A stretch of DNA of 63,846 nucleotides, counting the filler, from Octopus bimaculoides (taxonomy: Eukaryota): the NCBI RefSeq assembly GCF_001194135.2. It is 8 parts of 6 records of this genome, joined end to end, with 100 filler letters (N's around TTAATTAATTAA, not from the genome) between each part and the next. Parts side by side here need not be neighbours in the genome. Positions count along the whole stretch, not along the records: positions 1 to 6,300 come from NC_068993.1; positions 6,401 to 16,097 come from NC_069005.1; 6 more parts are not named here. One strand, 5' to 3'. The notes below the pieces were generated by a model, which was given only the letters and a program-made list of their open reading frames with translations, searched no databases and had not been told where the DNA came from. How positions within the stretch are numbered: position 1 is the stretch's first letter; each line of letters begins with the position of its first letter. Of the stretch, positions 1 to 13,660 are shown piece by piece. The position numbers and the translations under genes were made by a program.

Positions 1-47
<47 letters not shown>

Positions 48-320
48 GTATGTATATATGTATGTATGTATGTATCTATCTATCTACACTAAACGCATAC
101 ACACGAAAACAAACGCACACATATAAACATCTTTCTATGCGTGTGTGTGTGTGCGCGCGCGCGCATGTGTGTGTGTGGTGAATATTAATTGTTGACGGTT
201 GATTACGGATGTGTGCAGTACGTGCATTGGATAATTATCTAAGCCTATGTGCGTGTGTATATGTGTGTGTGTGTGTATACATATGTATGTATACACGTAC
301 ACATATACATACAAACATAC

Positions 321-353
<33 letters not shown>

Positions 354-842
354 TGTATGTATGTGAGGTCTTTACTATTTACCTGTGAAATGTCAGACCT
401 CATCATTATATTTTGCAGAAGGTGTGTTGTGTTTGATTAGAAAACAAAGGTGTATTTAAAGTTTGACTTTTAATCCAAATCATTTAAAACTTGGAATCTA
501 TTTCCTCCTCGCCACAATCCTTCATTTAATTCCCTTATATTCCAACGATTTCTATCTCTCTCTGTATATTTTTTATAGTTTTATATCATTTTTAGGTATT
601 AGGTGCAGTTTGATGGGAAGTAAGTTATTTTTTGCAATTGTCATTCTATAAATATTGTTTCTTTGCGTAGACATTAGTCTTGAGGCGCATCATTAATTAG
701 ATATGTGATTACGTGACATTTATGCATTCCTATTTATATAATTTAACTGAACTTTGTTGCCACTAGGAATCAAGACCAGGTTGGAGATTTTGTCTTCAGG
801 ATTATATTGCATGGTGTTCAGTTAACATTTTTTAATTCTGTT

Positions 843-1038
843 ATTCTTTTACTTGTTTCAAGGCATTTGACTGCGGCCATGCTCGGGCACCGCCTTTAGT
901 CGAACAAATCGACCCCAGGACTTATTCTTTTTAAGCCTAGTACTCATTCTATTGGTATCTTTTGCCGAACCGTTAAGTTACGGGGACGTAAACACACCAG
1001 CATCGGTTGTCAAGCGATGGTGGGTGGACAAACACACA

Positions 1039-1106
<68 letters not shown>

Positions 1107-1248
1107 CGTCTACCAAATCCACTCACAAGACTTGGGTTAGCCTGAGACCACAGTAGCAGACACTTGCCCAAGGTGCCACGTAGTGGGACTGAACCCTGAA
1201 CCATGTGGATGGTAAGCAAACTTCTTACCACACAGCTACGCTGCGCCT
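843..1248 (-). mobile_element. tRNA-headed SINE with central (CA)n, near full length (family B)
   Basis: Head ...gtggtaag..gcttgct.cc..ccacatggttc.gggttcagtcccact..; tail ...gctccagcatggccgcagtcaaatg; other copies or parts at 10370, 10767, 11300, 16198, 24560, 30085, 41635, 43770, 50800, 55610. Confidence 0.85.
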
Positions 1249-3177
1249 AACTTTTAAATATTATTTCGTATCCTTTTTTTCCGATGAAGAGCAAATGCCC
1301 AAAATTGTAGAAGAAAACAGAATACAACAGAAGACAGCAGGAACTATGGCGTTCACGCCAGGGAAAGTGTCAGCATAAGTGAAATGGAGTCGCTTCACGT
1401 GAAAATCGAAACCGATGATTTATGATCTCAATTTGCATGAAATTTTCTTTTTGTTCTATTGAGGCCAAAATCTCACTTTACCTATGGTTTCTGATTTAAG
1501 TATAAGTCCAGCAATTTTAATGGAGAAGGAATTAGTCGGTTCCGTCGATCCCAATACTTTACTGGTATTTCCTTTTACCGACTTGAAAGGATGAAGGCAA
1601 AGTCGAGATTTGAACTCAGAACGGAATGAGTCGAAGCGAATGCCAGAAAGAACTTTTCTGAAGCTCTGATGATTCTGGCAGCTCATTATCTTCTCTTACC
1701 CTACATATTGAAATGTTAATTAGAATGAGAATCTTAATATTCGAACACTTGATGAGTTTTCGTCATCAAGAATGCTATAAAGGGAATTTAATTCAAATAG
1801 AAGTCGAGATCGAAACCGTGTTGCAAGATCAGCACGTCATCAGAGTACTACCTACTTTATATTGCTTGTGTTTGCAAAGAACTGAAATTTCTTGAGCTGG
1901 CACAAGGAATCAACCGTTGTATAAGACTAATAGTTATTTCATTGCTCACAAAAGGATAAAGGTGAAGTCGAGTGTGTTGAATTAGAACAGTGACGAAACC
2001 AAGTAAACAGGTTGCGCTTACATCTCGGCTACATCTTTCCCCACATTTTAAACATAAGTGCAATGTTTGAGCTTTTTCTGAGAGAAGAGTGCAGGGATTA
2101 TAGTGCATTCATTGCTATATCAGGTCGTTAGTTATGTAAATGAATTTGAACATTTATATTATTTCACTTTTACCTCCCACCAACTGGAAATTGATTTTAT
2201 ATTATCGTCAGATTGAAAGAAATCGATTAAAATTAACCCTTTGGAGAAAGCTGGAAGATAATTTCATTTTGCCATATACCCTTCAGATTATCTCTGTTTA
2301 CCGCATTTTATCCTTGCTTAATAATACTGGTAGTAGTAATAGTAGTGGTAGAAGCCGTAGCAGCAGCTGTAGTAGTTGTTATTGTAGTTGTACAGAAAGG
2401 GCATATGTACCAAAATTTAGGTTAACTTCAAAGTGAATTTACGTAAAATCGATTTCAGATAATCAAGAGAAGATAACTTGAGTAGGAGTAGAGAGAAATG
2501 TTTACCCCAGGGATGGAAACCTGGTTTCAAACTTTCTTCAATGTAGTTCAAAATTAACTTGTTGATGTTATTGTGGTTGTCATTGTTTAGTTCTAGCGCA
2601 GTCTTCAGGATCACAAAGACCTCCATCCATGAACATTCTGTTATTATTCTTCTCAAAGAGCTAGCACTGCAGTATCCAAAGTGGCTCTTCAAATGAAATA
2701 TGGGGCAGATTTTTCTGCTTTCTTTGGTAAGTTATTGGACTAAGCGGGATTTTCTCAGCCCTTTGGGGGTGGTGGTGGTGGTGGTCTAGTATATACTTAA
2801 GGGATACAAAAAAGAGCCTTTACTGTTCTCAAATTTATTTAAGAGACCAAAAAGTTCCTGTAGTTGGTTAGTGTTATAAAATATTGAAAAGGTGTCAGAA
2901 AGCTCCAGAATGGAATTGTGATATTTGGGAAGTTCCGGATATCTCCGATTCCTTAAATGACTTCCATGGTAATTTATTAGCCAGGAGTATTAGGCTTGGT
3001 TGGCACTGGATTATTTCTTGCCCTAAGTTAATTAAGAGACGAACCTAGATAATGAAATGAATTAGGAAGTACAAAAACTCTACAAGAAATGAACCTAAAC
3101 ACACATATATATGCATACACATGCATATATAATACATATATACGTACATTATATATAATAATATATTTTATACATAC

Positions 3178-3210
<33 letters not shown>

Positions 3211-3214
3211 ACAC

Positions 3215-3283
<69 letters not shown>

Positions 3284-3377
3284 CTATATAATATATGCAT
3301 ATATATATGCATAAATTAACAGAATGAGATAAAAAATCCAAGGCTGTGAAAGGTTTCAGAACATTTATAAAGAGAAG

Positions 3378-3425
3378 GTCTTACAGATGTTTCCGGGATA
3401 TTTTATATATCCCTTCATCAGAGAC
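3378..3425 (-). ncRNA. Minimal type I hammerhead ribozyme, Penelope-like element type
   Basis: Minus strand GTCT CTGATGA A GGGATAT-ATAAA-ATATCCC G GAAA C-ATCT-G TA AGAC: intact core, 4-bp stem I, 7-bp stem II, GUA cleavage triplet. Confidence 0.7.
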
Positions 3426-4902
3426 GGTGCGAGAAAACGCTTAAGTAATTGTTGTTATAGAGAAGATATGAAATACAGATTGAAGTGGAGAAATGAAAAC
3501 AGACGTGAGATATGTAAGGATATTGTATCTGCAGTTCCGTTATTTATGCAGAATGGTGTATATATGTTTCCTGTACCTTGTGTGTGATTTTTGAAGATCT
3601 TAAATTTTATTTTTACACAACATAACAATATTATTTATAAACAATCACCCATAGTGCCCTAATTTATATATATATATATATATATTAAAAAGAGGCTGGG
3701 TAGGGGAAGTCTTTAAATCATGATGTTAATTACCAGTTAAAGGGGCAAGACGCTAAGAAACCTAGGATGTTAATACAGAGGAAATTTTATCTTGGGGCAC
3801 TATGGGTGATAGCGAAACCAAAATAGGTAAAATATGTGTATTTATCAATTATAAACATTAACAAGGAAAGATTACATAGAATCAGTTTAATAACTAATTA
3901 CTTATTATGTGGTTTCTATAAAGACTGGTCAGGGCATTTACTTATTGAATACGGGTAAGATAAACATGCTATCTATATATTAATTTTAAGACACAATTCA
4001 GAAAAAAATAAAGATGTGAACGGATACACACACATATTTATATATGTGCACACATGCACACCTGTACATACACAAATATTTATACGTTTATATGGATATA
4101 TATAGTATAACCATCTCGCATAGACTTAAGTAAATGAAAAATCTCTATTTAAGAACAGTAACAACTTATAAGGCATAAGAGGTTAATAGGTAAGGGTATC
4201 AAAGTAAGAAAACAAAATAATAAGAATTTATTGAAAATAATAAGAAATACATATAGCCTACATTTAAAGAGACAGGGGATTAAAATTTGAGGTAGGGAAG
4301 AGGTAAAGGTAACCCGAAAAGAGGGGTAGTAGGTATGGACGTAGTGAGGATAGCTAAAGGTATTCAGACCGAAGAGATTTTATAAGTTGTAACGTTACAT
4401 GTGCTACTGTATATATGATTTTATAATTTCTAGGGGGTATATAATTTAGTCGAGAGGAGACCTACTTACAAAAAGTCATTACAAATGAATGTTGATGTAA
4501 CCATGATGTTCTCGTGATCTCATTAGTTAGCTTCCTTTATTTGCATTGATTTGTGAATATATAACTGTGTCATATGATCTCGAGCATGCATAGTAATTAA
4601 AACATGTAAGCATAATTTCTTTCACACTGAAATTATTACTACATGAATAAAGTTGCGAAACGGTTGTAATCCTAAGAATGTTATGTGGCTAAATTAAAAT
4701 ATATATTCACCTCTCCTACCCAATGACTTTCATGGTTTATGCACACACATACACACACACATATATGTATATACATATATTGATCAAAAGTGAATAATAT
4801 TGTTGTTAAAGGTGTGAAATTGCTAGGATATTTGGGATGATAACTGATGAGGAATGAGTGTGAATTTGTTCCTTTGCTGTGCTTCTGTTTAAATTTTGGA
4901 AC

Positions 4903-4942
<40 letters not shown>

Positions 4943-5959
4943 GAGAATATACGAAAAAAACAACAGACGAGGACAGGTGGTGTAAACAACAAAAGGATGT
5001 ATTAGTATAACGCTCGGGAATACNNNNNNNNNNNNNNNNNNNNNNNNNNNNNNNNNNNNNNNNNNNNNNNNNNNNNNNNNNNNNNNNNNNNNNNNNNNNN
5101 NNNNNNNNNNNNNNNNNNNNNNNNNNNNNNNNNNNNNNNNNNNNNNNNNNNNNNNNNNNNNNNNNNNNNNNNNNNNNNNNNNNNNNNNNNNNNNNNNNNN
5201 NNNNNNNNNNNNNNNNNNNNNNNNNNNNNNNNNNNNNNNNNNNNNNNNNNNNNNNNNNNNNNNNNNNNNNNNNNNNNNNNNNNNNNNNNNNNNNNNNNNN
5301 NNNNNNNNNNNNNNNNNNNNNNNNNNNNNNNNNNNNNNNNNNNNNNNNNNNNNNNNNNNNNNNNNNNNNNNNNNNNNNNNNNNNNNNNNNTATACACACA
5401 CACTCACACACACATATGTGTGTGTGTGTATACATATATACATACACACACACTCACACACACACAAAAAAAAAAATATATATATAAACATGAACGTTCT
5501 CAAGTCTAAAATATGGTAACATTTATTGGCATGAACACTTCAGGAACAAACTCTTTGAACTTCTCTAGTAACCAGAAACGACTTTCAAGAACCTGAATAC
5601 AAACATTTGAAAAATCGAAAACAAAAAGTAGAGTTAGATAACAACAACTGCAACAACCTCAACAAATAAAACAAAAACAAAACCAAGCAAGCGAGTAGCA
5701 TAGCAGCAACATTGAGCTAATTCGGCATCCTATAAGTTTAAGTAAAACGATGTAGATTATTTTGCTAATAAATCTCATGCGATTACTGTAGCCTTGAACC
5801 AGCGATAGACTTGTATTAAGCGTTAGTGGTTTAGATTTTTTTGTTCTTTGTTTTTGTACTTGCGTCAATGTTTGTAATAAACTTGAGTAGGTTTAAATTA
5901 TACTTTTGAAAAACAAATCCTCTTCAGATTGTATATTTTCTCGTTATCTATTTTCATGT

Positions 5960-6300
5960 ATGAAGGTGCATGGCTTAGCAGCTTGGGCATTTGATCTCGT
6001 TCGTAAGGTCGTGAGTTCCATTCCCGACTGTGCGTTGTGTCCGTGAACAAAACAGTTAACATCAGTTGATCCGATCAACGGAACAGCCTGCTCGTGAAAT
6101 TAACGTGCAAGTGGCTGAGCACTCCACCGACACGTGTACCCTTAACGTAGTTCTCAGGGATATTCAGCGTGACACAGTGTGACAAGGCTGACCCTTTGAA
6201 TTACAGGCACAACAGAAATAGGAAGTAAGAGTGAGAAAAAGTTGTGGTGAAAGAGTACAGCAGGGTTCGCCACCATCCCCTGCCCGAGCATCATGGAGCT
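5960..6300. mobile_element. Plus-strand SINE head fused to a minus-strand family A SINE body
   Basis: gaaggtgcatggcttag head followed by the reverse complement of the family A 3' region. Confidence 0.75.
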
Positions 6301-6537
6301 NNNNNNNNNNNNNNNNNNNNNNNNNNNNNNNNNNNNNNNNNNNNTTAATTAATTAANNNNNNNNNNNNNNNNNNNNNNNNNNNNNNNNNNNNNNNNNNNN
6401 TACTTTTGTAGTCATTTAAGTTTTCGCCTAAAATCGGTTGAAAACTTCTAGACACAAACCTTATCATATATATATATATATATATATACATACACATATA
6501 TATATATATATACACACACACACATATATATATATAT

Positions 6538-6572
<35 letters not shown>

Positions 6573-7681
6573 GTCACACATACAAACATATTTATATATT
6601 TATTTATATATATATACACATATATATATATGTATACATTCATAGAATACTTATAGATTCTACACCCCATCAAGTTACAGACTAAAAATATACACAAACA
6701 GCCACATACATACATATACATATATATATACATATATATAAATATATATATACAGCAATATATTGACCCTGATCATGATGATGATGATAAATAAGTAACT
6801 ACAAAATTACCCACCAAAAAAAAAAAAGCAAAACTTTGTCTTTACCTCAACTGGATTATGGAAAAAAAAATATCAAATTAATTATAATTCTTCTCGTCAA
6901 GAATCAATTTAATTGCCATAAAAGGAGAGTATGATACAATTTGTTACACCTTCAATTGCTTCCAAATTGTTCCCGTTTCGATAACAAAAAAAAAACTACA
7001 GTTATTATTATCATTATTAATAATAATATCATTAATAACATTAATATTATTAATAATATCATTATTATTAACCTTGATATTTTTCTACTGTGGATACTCG
7101 TAACTCTGCTCTGACCAAAGTTTTTTTGTCGTTCTACATAAGACTCGGTCATTATAAATCATTCCTGTTTGTTAAACTTTTATTTTCAACACTTCTTATT
7201 ACTATCATTATTATTATTATTATTTAGTATTACTATTATCATCATCATGACAGAAGTAGCGGCAAAAGAAGCAGTAACTATGCCTGCAATAGCTATAGCA
7301 GAAGTAGTACTAATATTAGTAGAAGTAGTAACTTTGTTGTCATAATCACTATATATCTTATTAGTATGTGCATTATAATCATAGCAGTTATTATGATAAT
7401 AATATCATGGTTCTGATGGCACTGAGTTGGCACAGAACACAAAAAATAAAAAAGGCAATTCAACCCACCACCACAATACATCAGACCTCCCTTTCAAAAT
7501 CTCAATTGGACTCAATCAGATTGGATTTGAAACATTTTGGCGGTTTCTGGACATTCGTTGCACACCGTTTTGTTGTTTTTTTTTTTTAGTTTGCTCGCTA
7601 AATCTCTCAAACAAATTTTTCCCGTTTTTTAAATTTTTTTTATTTTGTCTAACCCATGCCAGCATGGACAATGGACTTTAA

Positions 7682-7716
<35 letters not shown>

Positions 7717-7765
7717 AATGATAATGATGATGATGATGATGATGATGTGTTTTACTTAAATCCAG

Positions 7766-7858
7766 ATCATGCAGACATTAGATTTGTCCTGTTGTCGACT
7801 TCTCGATTTTCTCCCGGACCTTCCGAGGCTGATTAACGAAACGCTGCTAACATACTAA
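7766..7858 (+). CDS. Orphan terminal-type coding exon, unidentified protein: IMQTLDLSCCRLLDFLPDLPRLINETLLTY*
   Basis: ttttacttaaatccAG acceptor after a (GAT)n tract; GC-richer island; protein-like frame ends in TAA; AATAAA at 8134. Confidence 0.55.
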   Translation: MMQTLDLSCCRLLDFLPDLPRLINETLLTY

Positions 7859-8429
7859 TACCGTCGCTGCAACTGTGTGTCACCAACGTTGACGTACCCG
7901 TCCATCTTTCAGAAAACATCAAAAAAAAAAACAAAAAAAAAAACAAGAAAAACATAGCTTGTCAAGTAGTGACTGGATTGATAAAACCAATTATACTTTC
8001 TGACCACTCAAATTTCTGGCCTTACTGTAATTAGAAAAGCAGGATCGTTAGAGTCCAGAACAAAAGGCTCGTTAGATTCTGAGATCAAACAATCTGAAAT
8101 GAACTTTACTTTCCATACTTCTGTTGTCGATAAAATAAAGTATCTGGTTGGACTCATACCTACATAAGAAGTAATCGTTAATTTTAATAATTAGGAAAAA
8201 TTTAATAATTGGTGGAACAGCTTGTAAACATGCTGTATTGTCTTTAGTTATAGTTCTTTACAGGAACTGGGTGTGTATTTAATTTAGTTGTACGTGTTTC
8301 TGTGTAGTTTATGCAAAACAGAGAAATACTTTATTTTGATATAATTATTACACATGTTCAGATAAACACACAAATAGAAAGCACAGATACTCGTACATGT
8401 AGGCAAGAACAACAGCAGCAATAGTTATT

Positions 8430-8466
<37 letters not shown>

Positions 8467-10766
8467 GCAACAACAGCAGCTGCAGTAGAAGAAGGTAAAG
8501 AAACCAGCAAAAGAAATCTTTGATAATGTCCTACAAACAGGGCACTATGGAGTAGAAAAAGGAAAGAGAAGACAAACAGACAGAAAATAACAAAAATTAC
8601 AAAAACAAAAAAAAAACAGAAAAACAAAAAGAAAGGAAAGAAACGTGTGAACCAGCACCAACTGCCAAAGCCCTTTTATTTGGCTGGCAGTGGAAGCAAG
8701 GATTATGGATTCCAAGAAAGATGATTATAAAAAGAAATCCATCGACACCTCGTCTCGAACGATTGTTGGTAAAAAACCCAGGTAAGTGTAGATATAATGA
8801 AGTTTACATTGTCATTAGGAGACCCCATGTTAATTTATTGGGAATTCAATCAAAGCTTTTGAATATATATTTATACGTTGTACCCAATAAAGGTCCAATA
8901 CTGAATCCATCTCCTATCAATTAATACTATTATTCTAACTTCCACTGTGGGGTTCCTGAAGTGGATCCAACAGAAGTGTGCCACAACTGCGGATGACAAC
9001 AGGAAGCCTAAACTGTGCCAGTGATCTACTCAACATTTAAACACACTAACTTAATTATACTTAGAAAGTTTAAGAAGTGATTTTTAAATTCTCAAATGCA
9101 GGATAATGCTAATAATATAGCTTGAACAGGATAAACTACTCCTATTTTGCAGAAAAAACTGTGGGTGGCCAAAATCACTTTTTTAACTTTCTAAGACATC
9201 TCAACGCTTCTAAAAGCAAACTTCGTTTGTTTGTTTACGTTTATCGTAATTTGAATCTAATTATACTTATTTGTCCAAATTATTTATTATTGTGTGTGTG
9301 TGTGTGTGTGTATTTATATTAATAAATACCATTTCGTAGGATTTTCGAGTGAGATCGTTGCCAGTGCCCCTGGACTGGCTCTTGTGCGGGTGGCACATAA
9401 AATACACTATTTTGAGCGTGGCCGTTGCCAGTACCGCCTGACTGGCCTTCGTGCGGGTGACACGTAAAAGCACCCNNNNNNNNNNNNNNNNNNNNNNNNN
9501 NNNNNNNNNNNNNNNNNNNNNNNNNNNNNNNNNNNNNNNNNNNNNNNNNNNNNNNNNNNNNNNNNNNNNNNNNNNNNNNNNNNNNNNNNNNNNNNNNNNN
9601 NNNNNNNNNNNNNNNNNNNNNNNNNNNNNNNNNNNNNNNNNNNNNNNNNNNNNNNNNNNNNNNNNNNNNNNNNNNNNNNNNNNNNNNNNNNNNNNNNNNN
9701 NNNNNNNNNNNNNNNNNNNNNNNNNNNNNNNNNNNNNNNNNNNNNNNNNNNNNNNNNNNNNNNNNNNNNNNNNNNNNNNNNNNNNNNNNNNNNNNNNNNN
9801 NNNNNNNNNNNNNNNNNNNNNNNNNNNNNNNNNNNNNNNNNNNNNNNNNNNNNNNNNNNNNNNNNNNNNNNNNNNNNNNNNNNNNNNNNNNNNNNNNNNN
9901 NNNNNNNNNNNNNNNNNNNNNNNNNNNNNNNNNNNNNNNNNNNNNNNNNNNNNNNNNNNNNNNNNNNNNNNNNNNNNNNNNNNNNNNNNNNNNNNNNNNN
10001 NNNNNNNNNNNNNNNNNNNNNNNNNNNNNNNNNNNNNNNNNNNNNNNNNNNNNNNNNNNNNNNNNNNNNNNNNNNNNNNNNNNNNNNNNNNNNNNNNNNN
10101 NNNNNNNNNNNNNNNNNNNNNNNNNNNNNNNNNNNNNNNNNNNNNNNNNNNNNNNNNNNNNNNNNNNNNNNNNNNNNNNNNNNNNNNNNNNNNNNNNNNN
10201 NNNNNNNNNNNNNNNNNNNNNNNNNNNNNNNNNNNNNNNNNNNNNNNNNNNNNNNNNNNNNNNNNNNNNNNNNNNNNNNNNNNNNNNNNNNNNNNNNNNN
10301 NNNNNNNNNNNNNNNNNNNNNNNNNNNNNNNNNNNNNNNNNNNNNNNNNNNNNNNNNNNNNNNNNNNNNNNNNCCTGGTACTTATTCTATCAGTCTCTTT
10401 TGCAAAATAACTAAGTTACAGGGACAAAAACAAACCAACATTGGTTGTCAAGCAGTGATGAAAAATAAACACACGCACATTTGCATGCAAAAGATAAAGG
10501 CATTTGCAAATGCAGGAAGTCTGTGAGGACATCTTAAAGAATTCGGTAATTTATGCTTTAGAAGATTGGAAAAAGTGGGTGACTCACCTCCACAGCAAAA
10601 CGAACCCTGCCCCTCTTAAATTCCAGCTGAGCACTCTAACCATTAAGCAAAGAGACCCCTAATGACAAATTCTGTCTAATTACAATGTTAAATATAGCTT
10701 TCTGGAATGTGAGAAGATTTTCATAAACAAATTAAGTGCTATATGTGTCAGTATTCTACAGAAAAT

Positions 10767-10922
10767 AGAGTGGCTGTGTGGTAAGACGCTTGCTTCCCGA
10801 CTACATGGTTCCGGGTTCAGTCCCACTGTGGGGCATCTTGGACTAGTGTCTTCTACTATAGCCTTGGGCTGACCAAAGCCTTGTGAGTGGATTTGGTAGA
10901 TGGAAACTGAAAAAAGCCATCG
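10767..10922 (+). mobile_element. Family B SINE head
   Basis: ggctgtgtggtaagacgcttgc...ggttccgggttcagtcccact (A/B-box-like)...gtggatttggtagatggaaactg. Confidence 0.85.
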
Positions 10923-11072
10923 TATATATATAAAAATTTTCAGAATAAGATAAAAATCCAAGGCTGTGAAAGATTTTAGAACATTTAGCTGTAAGACCTT
11001 CTCTTTATAAATGTTCTAAAATCGTTCACAGCCTTGGATTTTTGTCTCATTCTGAAAATTTTTTTATATATA
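10923..11072. repeat. Inverted duplication, ~63-bp arms with a 20-nt loop, made of PLE-type sequence
   Basis: Arms differ by about 3 substitutions; sequence matches 3320-3390. Confidence 0.85.
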
Positions 11073-11789
11073 CACATGCTGATATATGACCTACGTTGGA
11101 CTCCTCATTTGCATAATCACCAAACCTGGAGCTTTACTATAGTCTGTCCATAGCACTTACTCAGCATTACCTGACACCTTTGGATCTTATTGATACCATT
11201 ACCTCTCATAACCTCTCTCTCTATATATGTATGTATGTGTGTGTATATATATATATATATGTATGTATGTATTTATATTTGTGAGTGTGTTTCTGTGTTT
11301 ACATCCCTGTCAATTAGCGGTTCAACAAAAGAGATTACAAATGTCCTGAGGTCGACTAAAAAAAAACACCCTTTAAGGCAGTGCTCCAGNNNNNNNNNNN
11401 NNNNNNNNNNNNNNNNNNNNNNNNNNNNNNNNNNNNNNNNNNNNNNNNNNNNNNNNNNNNNNNNNNNNNNNNNNNNNNNNNNNNNNNNNNNNNNNNNNNN
11501 NNNNNNNNNNNNNNNNNNNNNNNNNNNNNNNNNNNNNNNNNNNNNNNNNNNNNNNNNNNNNNNNNNNNNNNNNNNNNNNNNNNNNNNNNNNNNNNNNNNN
11601 NNNNNNNNNNNNNNNNNNNNNNNNNNNNNNNNNNNNNNNNNNNNNNNNNNNNNNNNNNNNNNNNNNNNNNNNNNNNNNNNNNNNNNNNNNNNNNNNNNNN
11701 NNNNNNNNNNNNNNNNNNNNNNNNNNNNNNNNNNNNNNNNNNNNNNNNNNNNNNNNNNNNNNNNNNNNNNNNNNNNNNNNNNNNATCAA

Positions 11790-12248
11790 GGGTTGAACAG
11801 AAAGAATGCAACAAAGAGAAACATTAGATGAAAGCAGCGTAGATGGCAAAGCAGATGAAAACTAAATGGATGGGAAATTAGATGGAATATTCACAACTGA
11901 ATTTTCCTCTTCAGTCAAAGACACAAAATACAACAGTTTCATGCCAATTACCTCTGATACTGTTCGATTTTGCAGGTGCCAGTACTTTTATTAAGCTACT
12001 GGGAAAAAGCTAGTGAATGTGTGCTAAGACAGAAACAAACTAGTTTGTTTCTATCTTAGCAATAAAAATACTGGCACCTGCAAAATTGAAGAGTATCAGA
12101 GGTAATTGGCACGAAACTGTTATGATATTTTGAATCTTTGACTGAAGAAGGAAACTCAGCTGCAAATATTCCATGTTTCTTGTCTAATTTCCCATTTACT
12201 CTGCTCTCATCTAACTTTTCTCCTTGTTGTATTCTCTCTGTTCAACCC
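11790..12248. repeat. Large spacer-less palindrome (fold-back), ~200-bp arms
   Basis: Arms about 85% complementary; centre ACT|AGT at 12041/12042; 30-nt insertion at 11993-12022. Confidence 0.9.
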
Positions 12249-12344
12249 ATGCAGGATAAACTACCTGCATCAACTTGCCATAAAAGCAGGTAGTAATTTT
12301 ACCTTGTCCTTATTCTTAGTGCAAGTTTTGAAGAGTGCAGTTCG

Positions 12345-13019
12345 ATTTTAACAGTTATTTTTTTTCAAAGCTATAAGTAACAAAGGAGTATATTCAGCAT
12401 ATTTTACTTTATGATTTCAATAAAGGCAACAACGCAAGAGGAAGTGCAAGCAATATTAATGCAATATATGGGGATAGGACAAGGAGCAAAAGCCAGTGTC
12501 GATGGTGGTTCCAGAAATTCTGAGCCAGAAACTATAGCCTAGAAGACGAGCCTCATCCTGGAAGATCTGTAGAGCTTGACAAGGATGTCCTGCAAACCCT
12601 GGTGGAACAAAATCCCATTGTAACTGTTGAGGAACTGGCAGAAAAGCTTGGACTTGGTCATTCAACCATTCATCAACACATGCAGGACATTGGAAATGTC
12701 AGCAAATTGGGTCAAAGGATCCCTCACAAACTTTCCAAGTCTAATCACGTGCAGAGAGTGAATGTGTGCTCTTCTTTGTTGTCACGTCTCACGAATGAAC
12801 TTTTTGGGGACCAAATAGTGACTGGTGACAAGAAAAGGGTTCTCTATAAAAATGTCAGGTGCTAAATACAGTGGGTAGGGAAGGGAGAAACACTTGCACC
12901 CCAGGTTAAAGAACGTCTTCATTCACGTAAGGTGTTGTTATCTGTTTGGTGAGATATGAAAGGTTTAGTCCACTTTGAACTTTTAAACCCAAACCAAACG
13001 ATAACAAAGGAGATCCACT
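12345..13019 (+). mobile_element. Mariner transposase pseudogene, 5' two-thirds, ends in gap
   Basis: Translates to WFQKF, PHPGRS, VEELAEKLG, IPHKL and IVTGDKKRVLY motifs; contains stops and frameshifts. Confidence 0.9.
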
Positions 13020-13660
13020 NNNNNNNNNNNNNNNNNNNNNNNNNNNNNNNNNNNNNNNNNNNNNNNNNNNNNNNNNNNNNNNNNNNNNNNNNNNNNNNNN
13101 NNNNNNNNNNNNNNNNNNNNNNNNNNNNNNNNNNNNNNNNNNNNNNNNNNNNNNNNNNNNNNNNNNNNNNNNNNNNNNNNNNNNNNNNNNNNNNNNNNNN
13201 NNNNNNNNNNNNNNNNNNNNNNNNNNNNNNNNNNNNNNNNNNNNNNNNNNNNNNNNNNNNNNNNNNNNNNNNNNNNNNNNNNNNNNNNNNNNNNNNNNNN
13301 NNNNNNNNNNNNNNNNNNNNNNNNNNNNNNNNNNNNNNNNNNNNNNNNNNNNNNNNNNNNNNNNNNNNNNNNNNNNNNNNNNNNNNNNNNNNNNNNNNNN
13401 NNNNNNNNNNNNNNNNNNNNNNNNNNNNNNNNNNNNNNNNNNNNNNNNNNNNNNNNNNNNNNNNNNNNNNNNNNNNNNNNNNNNNNNNNNNNNNNNNNNN
13501 NNNNNNNNNNNNNNNNNNNNNNNNNNNNNNNNNNNNNNNNNNNNNNNNNNNNNNNNNNNNNNNNNNNNNNNNNNNNNNNNNNNNNNNNNNNNNNNNNNNN
13601 NNNNNNNNNNNNNNNNNNNNNNNNNNNNNNNNNNNNNNNNNNNNNNNNNNNNNNNNNNNN

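Noticed and set aside
1278-1312. Hammerhead-like ccgatgaagagcaaatgcccaaaa, and ctgatgaaggaaaagttcc at ~51130
   Set aside because: Core nucleotides mutated or GAAA/NUH missing; at most dead remnants
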